From IMG/VR virus record IMGVR_UViG_3300031519_006853, positions 64,001 to 128,000 of that record: 64,000 nucleotides of DNA, one strand, 5' to 3'. Positions within the stretch are counted from its first letter, which is position 1. Each line of letters starts with the position of its first letter. Both the position numbers and the translations under genes were made by a program. This DNA is from a virus. The notes beneath the pieces were generated by a model. The model was not told where the DNA came from, made no database searches, and worked only from the letters and a program-made list of their open reading frames with translations. Below, one piece after another: positions 47,371 to 56,258 of this stretch.

Positions 47371-47529
47371 ATGTACGAAGCACTCACTCAAAACTCAACT
47401 GACTTAACAAGTATCTCTCATACCCTCGAAGCTATCAGTCTATCGTTGCAACTCCTAGTATACATGGGGATCTGTATTACGGTAGTATACACTGGTAACA
47501 AAATTAATAATTGGACTAAGAAGGCATAA
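47371..47529 (+). CDS. small membrane protein (not in ORF track)
   Basis: MYEALTQN..., follows a core promoter motif. Confidence 0.4.
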   Translation: MYEALTQNSTDLTSISHTLEAISLSLQLLVYMGICITVVYTGNKINNWTKKA

Positions 47530-47531
47530 GC

Positions 47532-47915
47532 ATGAAACTATTATACTGTAATACCTGCAGGGACATCGTGAAACTATCAAGAACTACCAGAACTTGCCAA
47601 TGCGGCGCGACTGGTGGACACTATAAGGAAGACGGATTAAACGCGATCTATTACGGTCCTGCTATTCCATTAGGTTTCGCTAACTCTAGTTTCCGTGATG
47701 CTCGAGATAATCAACCTGAGTTTGGTATGGGTACTGTCTACAACGCATTTGTTATTCCGAAGGTCTGTCCGACTATGGAACATGTAGATCTATTAGATTA
47801 TACAGAAGTTTTTGATATTGAGGAAGATGAGTACAGTGTTGATATTATGATGGCAAGAGCTGAGGATGAAAGAAAACAACGTAAACTTAGAAATGTATTT
47901 AAAGATGAAGACTAA
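47532..47915 (+). CDS. zinc-ribbon protein
   Basis: YCNTC...TCQCG. Confidence 0.65.
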   Translation: MKLLYCNTCRDIVKLSRTTRTCQCGATGGHYKEDGLNAIYYGPAIPLGFANSSFRDARDNQPEFGMGTVYNAFVIPKVCPTMEHVDLLDYTEVFDIEEDEYSVDIMMARAEDERKQRKLRNVFKDED

Positions 47916-48126
47916 AGTAATTAAATTTTGTGAAGGTTGCTTATACGGCGTAGGATATGGATTTATGATTGCAATGGGACTACTGATTATTTGTAGTATC
48001 TCATTTGCTTTCTATAATTTGTTCTTAGAGCTGTTTAGTTAACTATGTGCTTTCAGAGTATAAAATGTGCGACAGATGTGCGACCGCCCTATAAAGAATG
48101 CAAGTATTAATAATAAATATAGAAAT

Positions 48127-48303
48127 ATGAATAAATGGAATAAGATAAAAAAAGAAGGCTGGCTAGCTTGTATGTTAGTGGGCATCTCTTTATTGACATG
48201 GGCAATTAGCCAAGGGGAATGTTTTACTGGACATATACCTTTAGCATGTTTACTCCTCATCTTTGGGGTGGCGGCAGAAACTTCTAATACTAAAGGAGAA
48301 TGA
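48127..48303 (+). CDS. small membrane protein
   Basis: hydrophobic; start moved to MNKW. Confidence 0.4.
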   Translation: MNKWNKIKKEGWLACMLVGISLLTWAISQGECFTGHIPLACLLLIFGVAAETSNTKGE

Positions 48304-48469
48304 ATAATACACTAACTGAAATAGAACAAATAGAACAAGTACTAACTGAAGCACATGCATATAATCTTAGATCTGAGGTTAAGGCAACAGCTGAGGCATT
48401 TATATTAGATGATCAACATTTAAGTAAAATCGCAGCTTACAACATGGCTTATATACAATGGGTGGAATA

Positions 48470-48661
48470 ATGGCAACAATTAATATAATAGCAATTTACT
48501 TATTATGCGGAGTTATATTTTCTGCAGGTTTTGAATACTTAATGAAAAGGATGGGTACTCCTGACCGAGAAAACACTACAAATTACCAGAGAGTTGTTTG
48601 GATTACTATATGGCCTTATTGTATATTCAAATTTTTCATGGGATATACAGGAAATGATTAA
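48470..48661 (+). CDS. small membrane protein
   Basis: hydrophobic; WITIWP. Confidence 0.5.
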   Translation: MATINIIAIYLLCGVIFSAGFEYLMKRMGTPDRENTTNYQRVVWITIWPYCIFKFFMGYTGND

Positions 48662-48676
48662 TAAAATATATTAGAA

Positions 48677-48928
48677 ATGAGTAGATACAATTCAAGAATG
48701 CATGGAGTAACAGAAGACAACGTACATGTTGATCTTAATTGGGGTTTTGATGATGTACTAGGTTATTGGTATGACATTATAGAAACAAGAGATGGTGAGC
48801 AAACTATTATAGAAGATTGGTCATCAACAGTAAACGGTGGAACTCGTAGTACAATGCTAGAATTTTTAATAAAGTATAATTGCCCAAAAGAACATCGTAG
48901 CATGGTAGCATTAGATATGGCATTTTAA
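48677..48928 (+). CDS. hypothetical protein
   Basis: ORF. Confidence 0.55.
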   Translation: MSRYNSRMHGVTEDNVHVDLNWGFDDVLGYWYDIIETRDGEQTIIEDWSSTVNGGTRSTMLEFLIKYNCPKEHRSMVALDMAF

Positions 48929-48937
48929 ATAATGAAT

Positions 48938-49022
48938 GCCGCTGTGATGGAATTGGTAGACATGACAGACTTAAAATCTGTTGAGCTGAAAGCTCGTGGC
49001 GGTTCGAGTCCGCCCAGCGGTA
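48938..49022 (+). tRNA. tRNA-Leu(UAA)
   Basis: GCCGCTG/CAGCGGT, ACAGA-CTTAAAA-TCTGT, long variable arm, GGTTCGAGTCC. Confidence 0.95.
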
Positions 49023-49040
49023 CTATAAAATAATAAAGAT

Positions 49041-49217
49041 ATGAATAAAAAACTAAATAGAGGAAACGGTTATATTGGTGGGGTCTGCCAAGGATTAGGA
49101 GAGTGGTCAGGAATACCTTCAATCTTATGGAGGGTTGGCTTTCTATTTTTTATACCAGCAGCTTTTTGGATATATGTTACATTGTGGATTTTTATTGAAA
49201 AAGACTTTCAGAATTAA
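49041..49217 (+). CDS. pspC: PspC-domain membrane protein (not in ORF track)
   Basis: GYIGGVCQGLGEWSGIPSILWRVGF..YVTLWIFI. Confidence 0.8.
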   Translation: MNKKLNRGNGYIGGVCQGLGEWSGIPSILWRVGFLFFIPAAFWIYVTLWIFIEKDFQN

Positions 49218-49236
49218 ACTAAATAGATTATAATTA
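49207..49236 (+). promoter_or_regulatory. class I core only
   Basis: TTCAGA-N15-TTATAATTA. Confidence 0.55.
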
Positions 49237-49264
49237 TATTATAACAATTAAACTATAAAATAAC

Positions 49265-49522
49265 ATGGCAGAATTTAAAAATGGCGATAAAGTAAAATGG
49301 ATTGTACCAATGAGTTGTGTACCTCATCCTGAAGGAAAAACTGATAGAAAGGGAGAAGTACTTCCAGTGTTCAGAGATAAAGAATTTATTGGCGAGATAA
49401 TTTCATTATGTGGTAATGGGAAAATACAAGTTAGACCTGAAGGTTTAACATGCGAACTACCAAAAGGTATACCATCTTACTATGATCAGAATATTTCAAA
49501 AAATAACTTAACACTGGTTTAG
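49265..49522 (+). CDS. hypothetical SH3/KOW-like protein
   Basis: FKNGDKVKW. Confidence 0.5.
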   Translation: MAEFKNGDKVKWIVPMSCVPHPEGKTDRKGEVLPVFRDKEFIGEIISLCGNGKIQVRPEGLTCELPKGIPSYYDQNISKNNLTLV

Positions 49523-49523
49523 T

Positions 49524-49748
49524 ATGGCTGATATTAAAGTTTTAGAAAGTAAAGAAGTTTGGTCGGCAATTACCACAGAGTATGAATTGGATATAGATGG
49601 TGAAATTACATCTATAAGAATTGCTGAAAATCCAAAGAATACAGAATTCTTTGAATGGAATGAAATTTCAGGTTGGGAAGAAGCTGATATTGATGATGGT
49701 TTAATGAAGCATGTTTATGAAGCATGGTCAAACGGAGAATTAGAATAA
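49524..49748 (+). CDS. acidic hypothetical protein
   Basis: E/D-rich 74-aa ORF. Confidence 0.55.
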   Translation: MADIKVLESKEVWSAITTEYELDIDGEITSIRIAENPKNTEFFEWNEISGWEEADIDDGLMKHVYEAWSNGELE

Positions 49749-49923
49749 TATGAATCATTTTGCAAATAACGGTAAAGAATACCTAAAAAGAATGAAAGAA
49801 AATAATAAGTATAGGCAAGGAAGATCTAAAGAACAAATGAAAGCTTCTTACATTGGAGCATTTATTTCAATAATAGGATTAGTAGTAATAGCAATCTGTC
49901 TTTTGATATTTAGATAAAGATCT

Positions 49924-50000
49924 GGACCAGTAGCTCAGCTGGATAGAGCATCGCCCTTCTAAGGCGACGGTCAAAGGTTCGAATCCTTTCTGGTTCACCA
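49924..50000 (+). tRNA. tRNA-Arg(UCU), CCA encoded
   Basis: TCGCC-CTTCTAA-GGCGA, GGTTCGAATCC, ends ACCA. Confidence 0.95.
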
Positions 50001-50005
50001 CGACT

Positions 50006-50082
50006 CGGGATGTATCTCCTCAAGCTTATACCTTGTAGAAAGAGTAATTGGTTACATATAGGTTCAAGTCCTGTCTTCCCGA
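50006..50082 (+). ncRNA. non-canonical tRNA-Ile(UAU)-like RNA lacking a D-arm in the normal position
   Basis: CGGGATG/CTTCCCG, CAAG-CTTATAC-CTTG, GTAA-TTGG-TTAC hairpin, ATAGG-TTCAAGT-CCTGT. Confidence 0.65.
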
Positions 50083-50119
50083 CCTTAACCTTATAAATAT
50101 AAAAATAAAAAACTTAAAT

Positions 50120-50311
50120 ATGCTAATAATCAAAAAAGGAGAAAAGGAATCAATCGACAAAGTATTAAAAAAATACAAAAGAAAGGTTAGAGAAACAAGA
50201 CTCCTACAAGATATTAGAGAAAGAAAAGAATTTGCAAAACCTTCCACAAAGAAAAGAAAGCAAAAATTAAAAGCAATATACCAGCAAAAATTAAGAAATG
50301 AAAGCAAATGA
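50120..50311 (+). CDS. rpsU: 30S ribosomal protein S21
   Basis: MLIIKKGEKESIDKVLKKYKRK..RERKEFAKPSTKKR. Confidence 0.9.
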   Translation: MLIIKKGEKESIDKVLKKYKRKVRETRLLQDIRERKEFAKPSTKKRKQKLKAIYQQKLRNESK

Positions 50312-50645
50312 TTTATGTTTAGATTGTGGCTTATGTTGTAATGGTACATTATGGCTAGGTGTATATGTTGAAGAATCAAAACATCATTTATTTAAAAATA
50401 TTGTAAAGAAAAAAATTAACTTTGGTCTTGCTAAGCAAGGTGGAGACGGTTGTGAACAATTAGATAATTGCAATTTATGTAAGATTTATGAAAACCGACC
50501 ATCTAACTGTAGAGAATATGAATGCGGTGTCTTAAATGAAGTCAAAAGAAATGATATATCCTTTGCATATGCAGAATTACTAATTAAAGATCTTAAGAAA
50601 AACCCACATGATGAAGAATTAATCAATCGGTTTAAAAATTGTTAA
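50298..50645 (+). CDS. YkgJ-like Fe-S/Zn cluster protein
   Basis: CLDCGLCC..C..CKIYENRPSNCREYEC. Confidence 0.85.
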   Translation: MKANDLCLDCGLCCNGTLWLGVYVEESKHHLFKNIVKKKINFGLAKQGGDGCEQLDNCNLCKIYENRPSNCREYECGVLNEVKRNDISFAYAELLIKDLKKNPHDEELINRFKNC

Positions 50646-50735
50646 TAACTTTTTGAAAATAACGTGAATTTATAGTTCAGAATCCCATTTAATTGATTAT
50701 ATTTATATTATAATAATTAAAACAAAAACGGAACT
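50637..50735 (+). promoter_or_regulatory. class I element, copy 7/9
   Basis: same motif. Confidence 0.75.
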
Positions 50736-51143
50736 ATGGCAACATTAAGAATTACAACTCAGTACTACGAAAATTACTCGGACTCTCAAACTCCACACTG
50801 GAAACCAAAAGGTGGACAAACATTTATCATCAAAGATATTGAAGGTGATATGATTATGTACTGTGATAATCTAACAGAGGTTTGTAAAAACCTTGTATCT
50901 GCAAAATCAAATGAGCATTTCAAATATGATTATAGAGATCATGAAGTTGACTTTATAGGCGATGAGGAAATCTCTGTAACCGAACTTACTAAAGAAATAA
51001 GAGATCAATTTAACGGTGATGGTAAATATGCACCGAAGGACATTCCTGGATTTGAAGGTACCTTAGATAAATTAAATGATATCACTATAATGTGTTCGGC
51101 TGACTTAGATAATGAAATGGCTAACGAATCAGAAAACATATAA
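50736..51143 (+). CDS. hypothetical protein (early module)
   Basis: follows the repeated element. Confidence 0.65.
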   Translation: MATLRITTQYYENYSDSQTPHWKPKGGQTFIIKDIEGDMIMYCDNLTEVCKNLVSAKSNEHFKYDYRDHEVDFIGDEEISVTELTKEIRDQFNGDGKYAPKDIPGFEGTLDKLNDITIMCSADLDNEMANESENI

Positions 51144-51145
51144 TT

Positions 51146-51466
51146 ATGAGTTTAGATATAACACTACAAACACCAGAAGGAATTACTGGAGATCACAACA
51201 TTACCCATAACTTAAAGAGAATGGCAATAGCCGCAGGATTCGGCCAAGAACTCTGGAGACAAGAAGAAACTGATATTCATTTTGCATCGGATCTAATTGA
51301 AATACTCGCAGTAGGTGTTGCAAGACTAAAAGGTAGACCACTTCACTACGATCAATTTAATGCAGACAATGGTTGGGGTATGAGAGAAGATTTAATTAGG
51401 TTTACTGAAGAGTTATTACAAGATTGCATATACTCACCAGACGCAGAAATACTAACTCACAGATAA
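51146..51466 (+). CDS. hypothetical phage protein
   Basis: NITHNLKRMA..FNADNGWG. Confidence 0.6.
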   Translation: MSLDITLQTPEGITGDHNITHNLKRMAIAAGFGQELWRQEETDIHFASDLIEILAVGVARLKGRPLHYDQFNADNGWGMREDLIRFTEELLQDCIYSPDAEILTHR

Positions 51467-51470
51467 AACT

Positions 51471-51683
51471 ATGATAAGAAAAAAAGAAAAACAGATGGGT
51501 CCAATGATTATAGATTTAACAGGACCAGATGGAAATGCATTTGCTCTCTTAAGTTTAGCAAACAGGCTATCCAAAAAATTTGGAGTTGAAAATCCAATAG
51601 TTGAAATGCAAAAAGGCGACTATGAGCATTTAGTAAAAGTGTTTGATAATGCATTTGGGAATTTTGTAATTTTAGAACGATAA
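51471..51683 (+). CDS. hypothetical phage protein
   Basis: IDLTGPDGNAFALL. Confidence 0.65.
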   Translation: MIRKKEKQMGPMIIDLTGPDGNAFALLSLANRLSKKFGVENPIVEMQKGDYEHLVKVFDNAFGNFVILER

Positions 51684-51790
51684 CTTATGAAAGCAATAAA
51701 AAACTATTTAAAGAAAATTGATTCGGTAGACATTGTAATGATTTTAGCAATCTGCTTATATACAACTATTATTGTAATGCAATTAATTAA

Positions 51791-52372
51791 ATGGAATTAA
51801 AAGAAGACATAACTATAGATGTTTTGGAAGAAAAGTTATGGGATCATTATTCCGAACTTCCAAACCCTTTATGGTATGCACAACAAGATAAATTAAAAGA
51901 TATGAAAAAAGACGTAGTAATATTTGACCTTGATGGTACACTTGCTCTTATTGACGATAGGAGAAAACTTGCCACCAATATAAATGGTAAAATGGATTGG
52001 GATACATTTTTTGATCCTGATAATATTAAATTAGATTTGCCTAACGATTCAGTTATTGAAATGGCAAGAACATTAGATGCTCAAGGTTTTAGTATAGTTA
52101 TTTTATCAGGCCGTAGTAAAGCAACCAAAGATGCAACAGCTGCATGGTTGGATAAACACAGTGTTCCATTTAATATAATGAAGATGAGACCGACTGGCCA
52201 TCCCTGGGCTTTTATGCCAGATGATAAGTTAAAGAAAAGTTGGTTAGATGATATATTTCCTGGTGAGAAAAAAGACCGCATCCTTTGTGTATTTGATGAT
52301 AGAACAAAAGTAGTAAATATGTGGAGAGATAATGGCTTAAGCTGTTTCCAAGTAGCACCAGGAGACTTTTAA
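51791..52372 (+). CDS. HAD phosphatase, PNKP/PseT C-terminal-like
   Basis: IFDLDGTL, LSGR, PDDKLK, VFDDR. Confidence 0.85.
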   Translation: MELKEDITIDVLEEKLWDHYSELPNPLWYAQQDKLKDMKKDVVIFDLDGTLALIDDRRKLATNINGKMDWDTFFDPDNIKLDLPNDSVIEMARTLDAQGFSIVILSGRSKATKDATAAWLDKHSVPFNIMKMRPTGHPWAFMPDDKLKKSWLDDIFPGEKKDRILCVFDDRTKVVNMWRDNGLSCFQVAPGDF

Positions 52373-52386
52373 ACTAAAATAATAAG

Positions 52387-53163
52387 ATGAACACAATAAT
52401 AGAAAATGAAAAAGTATTTGATTACTTGTTTGTCGTTGGAGATACACATGGCAACAACAAACAATTAGCAAGTCATTTGTTACCTAACTTACCAAAGGAA
52501 AGTAAGAAAGCTATACTTCATGTTGGTGATTTTGGAATGGGTTTTTCTAGCCATCTTGGGGAGTTAGATACTATGCAACACCTTGATAGGAGGTTAAAAA
52601 AGCAAAATGTATGGTTATATGTAATTAGAGGTAACCATGATAACCCCTATTATTTTGAAACTAGTAATACTAAACATGAAGAAATGGAATCTTTTTCCAA
52701 TATTATGTTAATACCAGATCACAGTATGCTTCACTTACAAACTATTGATAATAACAATGTTTGTATATATTGTTTGGGTGGTGCAGTATCAGTTGATAGA
52801 ACAAACAGAGTTCCTAGTAAGTCATACTGGTGGAATGAAATGGTTCCAGATTTACCTCAACAAGAATTAGATAAGATACCTAAAGGAATTGACATTGTAT
52901 TAACACACACTAGACCTCAAGGTATATTTCCAATAGATAAGAATGGTATTGAACACTGGTTACTTAGAGACATGGGGTTGGATCATGATTTGGGTGTTGA
53001 GTTAGGTAGAATTACTAAAGTATTTGATGCTATCAACAAAAAGAATACATGCTACACGCATTACTATGGTCATTTCCACATGAGTAATGTAGAACACTTT
53101 GGAGACATTAAACACCAACTCCTTAATATAGATGAATTAATAGAAGTTAGACTAAAACAATAG
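52387..53163 (+). CDS. calcineurin-like metallophosphoesterase
   Basis: GDTHG, HVGDFG, RGNHD, LTHT, GHFH. Confidence 0.88.
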   Translation: MNTIIENEKVFDYLFVVGDTHGNNKQLASHLLPNLPKESKKAILHVGDFGMGFSSHLGELDTMQHLDRRLKKQNVWLYVIRGNHDNPYYFETSNTKHEEMESFSNIMLIPDHSMLHLQTIDNNNVCIYCLGGAVSVDRTNRVPSKSYWWNEMVPDLPQQELDKIPKGIDIVLTHTRPQGIFPIDKNGIEHWLLRDMGLDHDLGVELGRITKVFDAINKKNTCYTHYYGHFHMSNVEHFGDIKHQLLNIDELIEVRLKQ

Positions 53164-53166
53164 AAG

Positions 53167-53215
53167 TGTAACTTATATGAAACAAAACAAGACAAAATGT
53201 AACTTATATGAAACA
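53167..53215. repeat. 18-bp direct repeat x2
   Basis: TGTAACTTATATGAAACA at 53167 and 53198. Confidence 0.8.
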
Positions 53216-53237
53216 TTAAAAAACTAAAACAATAGAT

Positions 53238-53462
53238 ATGAAAGCAACACTAACATTCGATCTAGACGATCCACAAGATGTAGAATCGCACTTACAATGT
53301 GTTAAAGCAGCTAAAATGGCTGGATTCATTTGGGAGCTTAAGCATAACTTCTGGAGGAAGTGGAAACACAATGAAGAAGACTTCACTTTAGATAACTACA
53401 AAGAAGCATTAGCAGAATTAATGGATGAACATAATATCAATGTATACGAATTGAACCAATAA
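53238..53462 (+). CDS. hypothetical phage protein
   Basis: MKATLTFDLDDP. Confidence 0.6.
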   Translation: MKATLTFDLDDPQDVESHLQCVKAAKMAGFIWELKHNFWRKWKHNEEDFTLDNYKEALAELMDEHNINVYELNQ

Positions 53463-53473
53463 ACAATAATAAG

Positions 53474-53812
53474 ATGAAAATATTACAAAAGATAGCATGG
53501 TTAACCAGAAGGTGGAATTTATCAATAAGACTATTTGACTTACAATTACATGATGGACATAACTCTTGGGGTTTTCATCTGTTAGCAATTAGACATAATC
53601 ATTCAGTATATTCATTATTAGCATTTGAATGCAGATTACCTAACGGTGGAGACATAAAGGTATTTGCAGTAGATCATGTAGATATATTATTCTTAAGACA
53701 AGTTCTTAACGACTGGGCTTGTGATTTAGAAGAAGATAATATGTGGGCTGGTAGAACTCCTACAAGGTTAGAGAAAATAGGAATAGCTTTAGTTGGTACA
53801 ATCTTTAAATAA
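53474..53812 (+). CDS. hypothetical protein
   Basis: ORF. Confidence 0.55.
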   Translation: MKILQKIAWLTRRWNLSIRLFDLQLHDGHNSWGFHLLAIRHNHSVYSLLAFECRLPNGGDIKVFAVDHVDILFLRQVLNDWACDLEEDNMWAGRTPTRLEKIGIALVGTIFK

Positions 53813-53907
53813 ATTGTTAATAACTTTTAAAAATAATTAGAGAAGTATGGCTACAATCGCGAAAAATTGATTATATTTATACTATATTAATAATTAAAAA
53901 ATAAAAC
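53812..53907 (+). promoter_or_regulatory. class I element, copy 8/9
   Basis: same motif. Confidence 0.75.
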
Positions 53908-54213
53908 ATGAGCAAGTACCAAGAACTATTACAAAACCCACCAACATTCACTGAACTTTATGATAGTGAAAATTTAAGAGAAGTTATTTTTGAACTAATT
54001 AGCTGTATGTGTGATAACAAATATACATTCAAATTAAAAAAGAATTCCGAAGGTGATTTTAAATTACATACATGCGGGTTTGCATTTAGCAATTTTTCAA
54101 TCAAAAACCCTATGCATGATATTGAATGGGAAGCTGATGATAACAATTGGGGAACTGTTGTAAATATGATCAATACCGGTACATCAAAAATTAATACTGT
54201 TAAGTGTAGATAA
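53908..54213 (+). CDS. hypothetical protein (early module)
   Basis: follows the repeated element. Confidence 0.6.
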   Translation: MSKYQELLQNPPTFTELYDSENLREVIFELISCMCDNKYTFKLKKNSEGDFKLHTCGFAFSNFSIKNPMHDIEWEADDNNWGTVVNMINTGTSKINTVKCR

Positions 54214-54755
54214 TGAATTGTACTAAATGTAAAGAAGATATTGATTCTAGGCGACTAAAAGCTTTACCACAAACTAAGGTTTGTGTAAACTGCTCAACAG
54301 AAGAGTATGTTAGTTGTGTTGATGTTATCTATCATAAAACAGGAAATACAATACAGATCATGGATAAGGAATCTGCTGATAAGATAAACAAACTTTCTAG
54401 GAGAAGCGGTTTTGGAATTATGGCAGGAATGAAAGGTAGTAGCGGTGGAGGAACCTCATCTAAAGTATTAGGGAATGTTACAGTATTTAGAATACCTACC
54501 GAAGAAGATTATCAACAGACACTAAAAAGAGTAGGTGAAATGATTGATTTTACAAGTCGTGAAAAATGTATTGCATACGTAGAGCGTCAATATGAAAGTA
54601 AGTTAATCAATTCTAAGCATTCTTTTAATCTTAAAACAATAATAGATACATTATTACCCTTGCCTAAAAAGGAAGAAGTTATTATAGATGAAACTTTAGA
54701 TGAAGAAATACTTCATACATTTAGAAACTGGAAAAACTCAAAAATATACAGATGA
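54213..54755 (+). CDS. protein with N-terminal TraR/DksA-type C4 zinc finger
   Basis: CTKCKEDIDSRRLKALPQTKVCVNC. Confidence 0.75.
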   Translation: MNCTKCKEDIDSRRLKALPQTKVCVNCSTEEYVSCVDVIYHKTGNTIQIMDKESADKINKLSRRSGFGIMAGMKGSSGGGTSSKVLGNVTVFRIPTEEDYQQTLKRVGEMIDFTSREKCIAYVERQYESKLINSKHSFNLKTIIDTLLPLPKKEEVIIDETLDEEILHTFRNWKNSKIYR

Positions 54756-55258
54756 TAAAAAATATAATAATGGTACTACCTTTTGCTCTTACCCTAACAG
54801 GATCTGAGAGTAACTATAAAGAGGATATAGAAGTTATGGACAATCTTATTATTGATATTATAGAACCAGAAGTTAACCTCATTAATGGAAAGATTGATAA
54901 CCGAGGAGAACTTATAACGGCTATGGCTTTTGTTGAAAGTGGTGGTAATCCTGCAACAATTGGAGATATTAATTTAGGAACACCTTCGGTAGGACTTTTA
55001 CAAATTAGACCTATTATGGTTAGAGAAGTAAATAGAATATTGAGAAAACAAGGATTAGATAAAAGATTTAAAAATAGTGATAGAAAATCAGCTGATAAGT
55101 CAATTGAGATGTTTAATATCTGGGCTGATGCTTATCACTTAAATAGTTCATATGAAAAGATGGCAAGAAATTGGAATGGCGGACCTAGGGGCTATAAGAA
55201 AACTGCAACTGCTCATTATTGGACTAAAGTAACAAACTATGTAACATTAAATTTATAG
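54752..55258 (+). CDS. lysozyme-like/lytic transglycosylase
   Basis: FVESGG catalytic Glu, GLLQI, RNWNGGP; N-terminal hydrophobic segment. Confidence 0.8.
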   Translation: MIKNIIMVLPFALTLTGSESNYKEDIEVMDNLIIDIIEPEVNLINGKIDNRGELITAMAFVESGGNPATIGDINLGTPSVGLLQIRPIMVREVNRILRKQGLDKRFKNSDRKSADKSIEMFNIWADAYHLNSSYEKMARNWNGGPRGYKKTATAHYWTKVTNYVTLNL

Positions 55259-55402
55259 ATGCCTAAGGATTTTATAAAATGTAGTAGATGTAAAGAAACC
55301 TTTGATAGTGGTTTTGGCTATAGGATGCATTTTGATAAGCACATAGATGAATGGTACGAATCTAAAGATAAGAAAAAATATATTAAAAAAACAACACAAT
55401 GA
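55259..55402 (+). CDS. 47-aa C2H2 zinc-finger protein (not in ORF track)
   Basis: CSRCKETFDSGFGYRMHFDKH = C-x2-C-x3-F-x8-H-x3-H. Confidence 0.65.
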   Translation: MPKDFIKCSRCKETFDSGFGYRMHFDKHIDEWYESKDKKKYIKKTTQ

Positions 55403-55845
55403 TAAAGGTAAAGGTAGTATACATGAATGGGAAAGAAACTGAATATAATGTTGAGTACCCAAAAGCATATATAGCAAAAATTATGGAAAGTGAAAATGAT
55501 CTAATGCTAGACCAAAAATCTGTAAAAGAAATTTATAAAGAAGATAAACTGATTGCTAAATTTACAAATGGATTTCTAAATGAATTGGTATTAGAAAAAC
55601 CCGAGCCTAAAAAGACTGCAGGTATGGGTAAGTACAAAGGTCATACGGTTCCAGCAGGTTGTGATGTTGGTCAACATCTAATCCCAGAAGTACAAGAGAT
55701 AGAAGATAAGATTAAAGCTGAAGAAGATTGGAATGAATACCAAGCAGAAATCTTACATGCTCAAAAAATACTAAAGGAAAACTTATGGGTAACAGATCAT
55801 ACTGGTGGTAATGTAGATTTGAATTACATTCCTAAGTCTTTATGA
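55399..55845 (+). CDS. hypothetical protein
   Basis: ORF. Confidence 0.55.
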   Translation: MIKVKVVYMNGKETEYNVEYPKAYIAKIMESENDLMLDQKSVKEIYKEDKLIAKFTNGFLNELVLEKPEPKKTAGMGKYKGHTVPAGCDVGQHLIPEVQEIEDKIKAEEDWNEYQAEILHAQKILKENLWVTDHTGGNVDLNYIPKSL

Positions 55846-56258
55846 AGAACTTTCATAAAAGGTTTAAAGTTATGTTGACCATATTCATCTCTTAAAATTT
55901 GACCTACAGCTAATGCAAAATCAGCATAAGACATTGAGTCATCTATTTTAATCATTGCTTTATCCATTGCTTTTGCTAAAGCTTCAGACTTTTTAGATTC
56001 AAATATATCAAAAGGAGGTACATGATTTTCATTTTGAGTTTTATCATCCTCATGTTCTTCTTCCCAGTGTGGACTTTTAATATCTTTATCTCTAGTAGGA
56101 TGAACATCAAATCCTTGTCTTACTGGACTATCATACGCGTTAGTATCTTTACCATCTGCTAAGTCGTCAAACATTTGTTTAAACTGGCCAACTGTACCTT
56201 TATAATGTCTAATTGTATCTTGGTCTTTTCTTGACTGATCTTCTTCCTTTGGGTCCAT
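55824..56258 (-). CDS. putative virion-internal protein
   Basis: coupled to the upstream minus-strand gene; internal VPPFDIFE|S. Confidence 0.55.
   Translation of the reverse strand: MDPKEEDQSRKDQDTIRHYKGTVGQFKQMFDDLADGKDTNAYDSPVRQGFDVHPTRDKDIKSPHWEEEHEDDKTQNENHVPPFDIFESKKSEALAKAMDKAMIKIDDSMSYADFALAVGQILRDEYGQHNFKPFMKVLHKDLGM

Noticed and set aside
50048-50119. N-terminal extension of rpsU in the ORF track
   Set aside because: It overlaps the tRNA-like RNA; S21 similarity starts at 50120.
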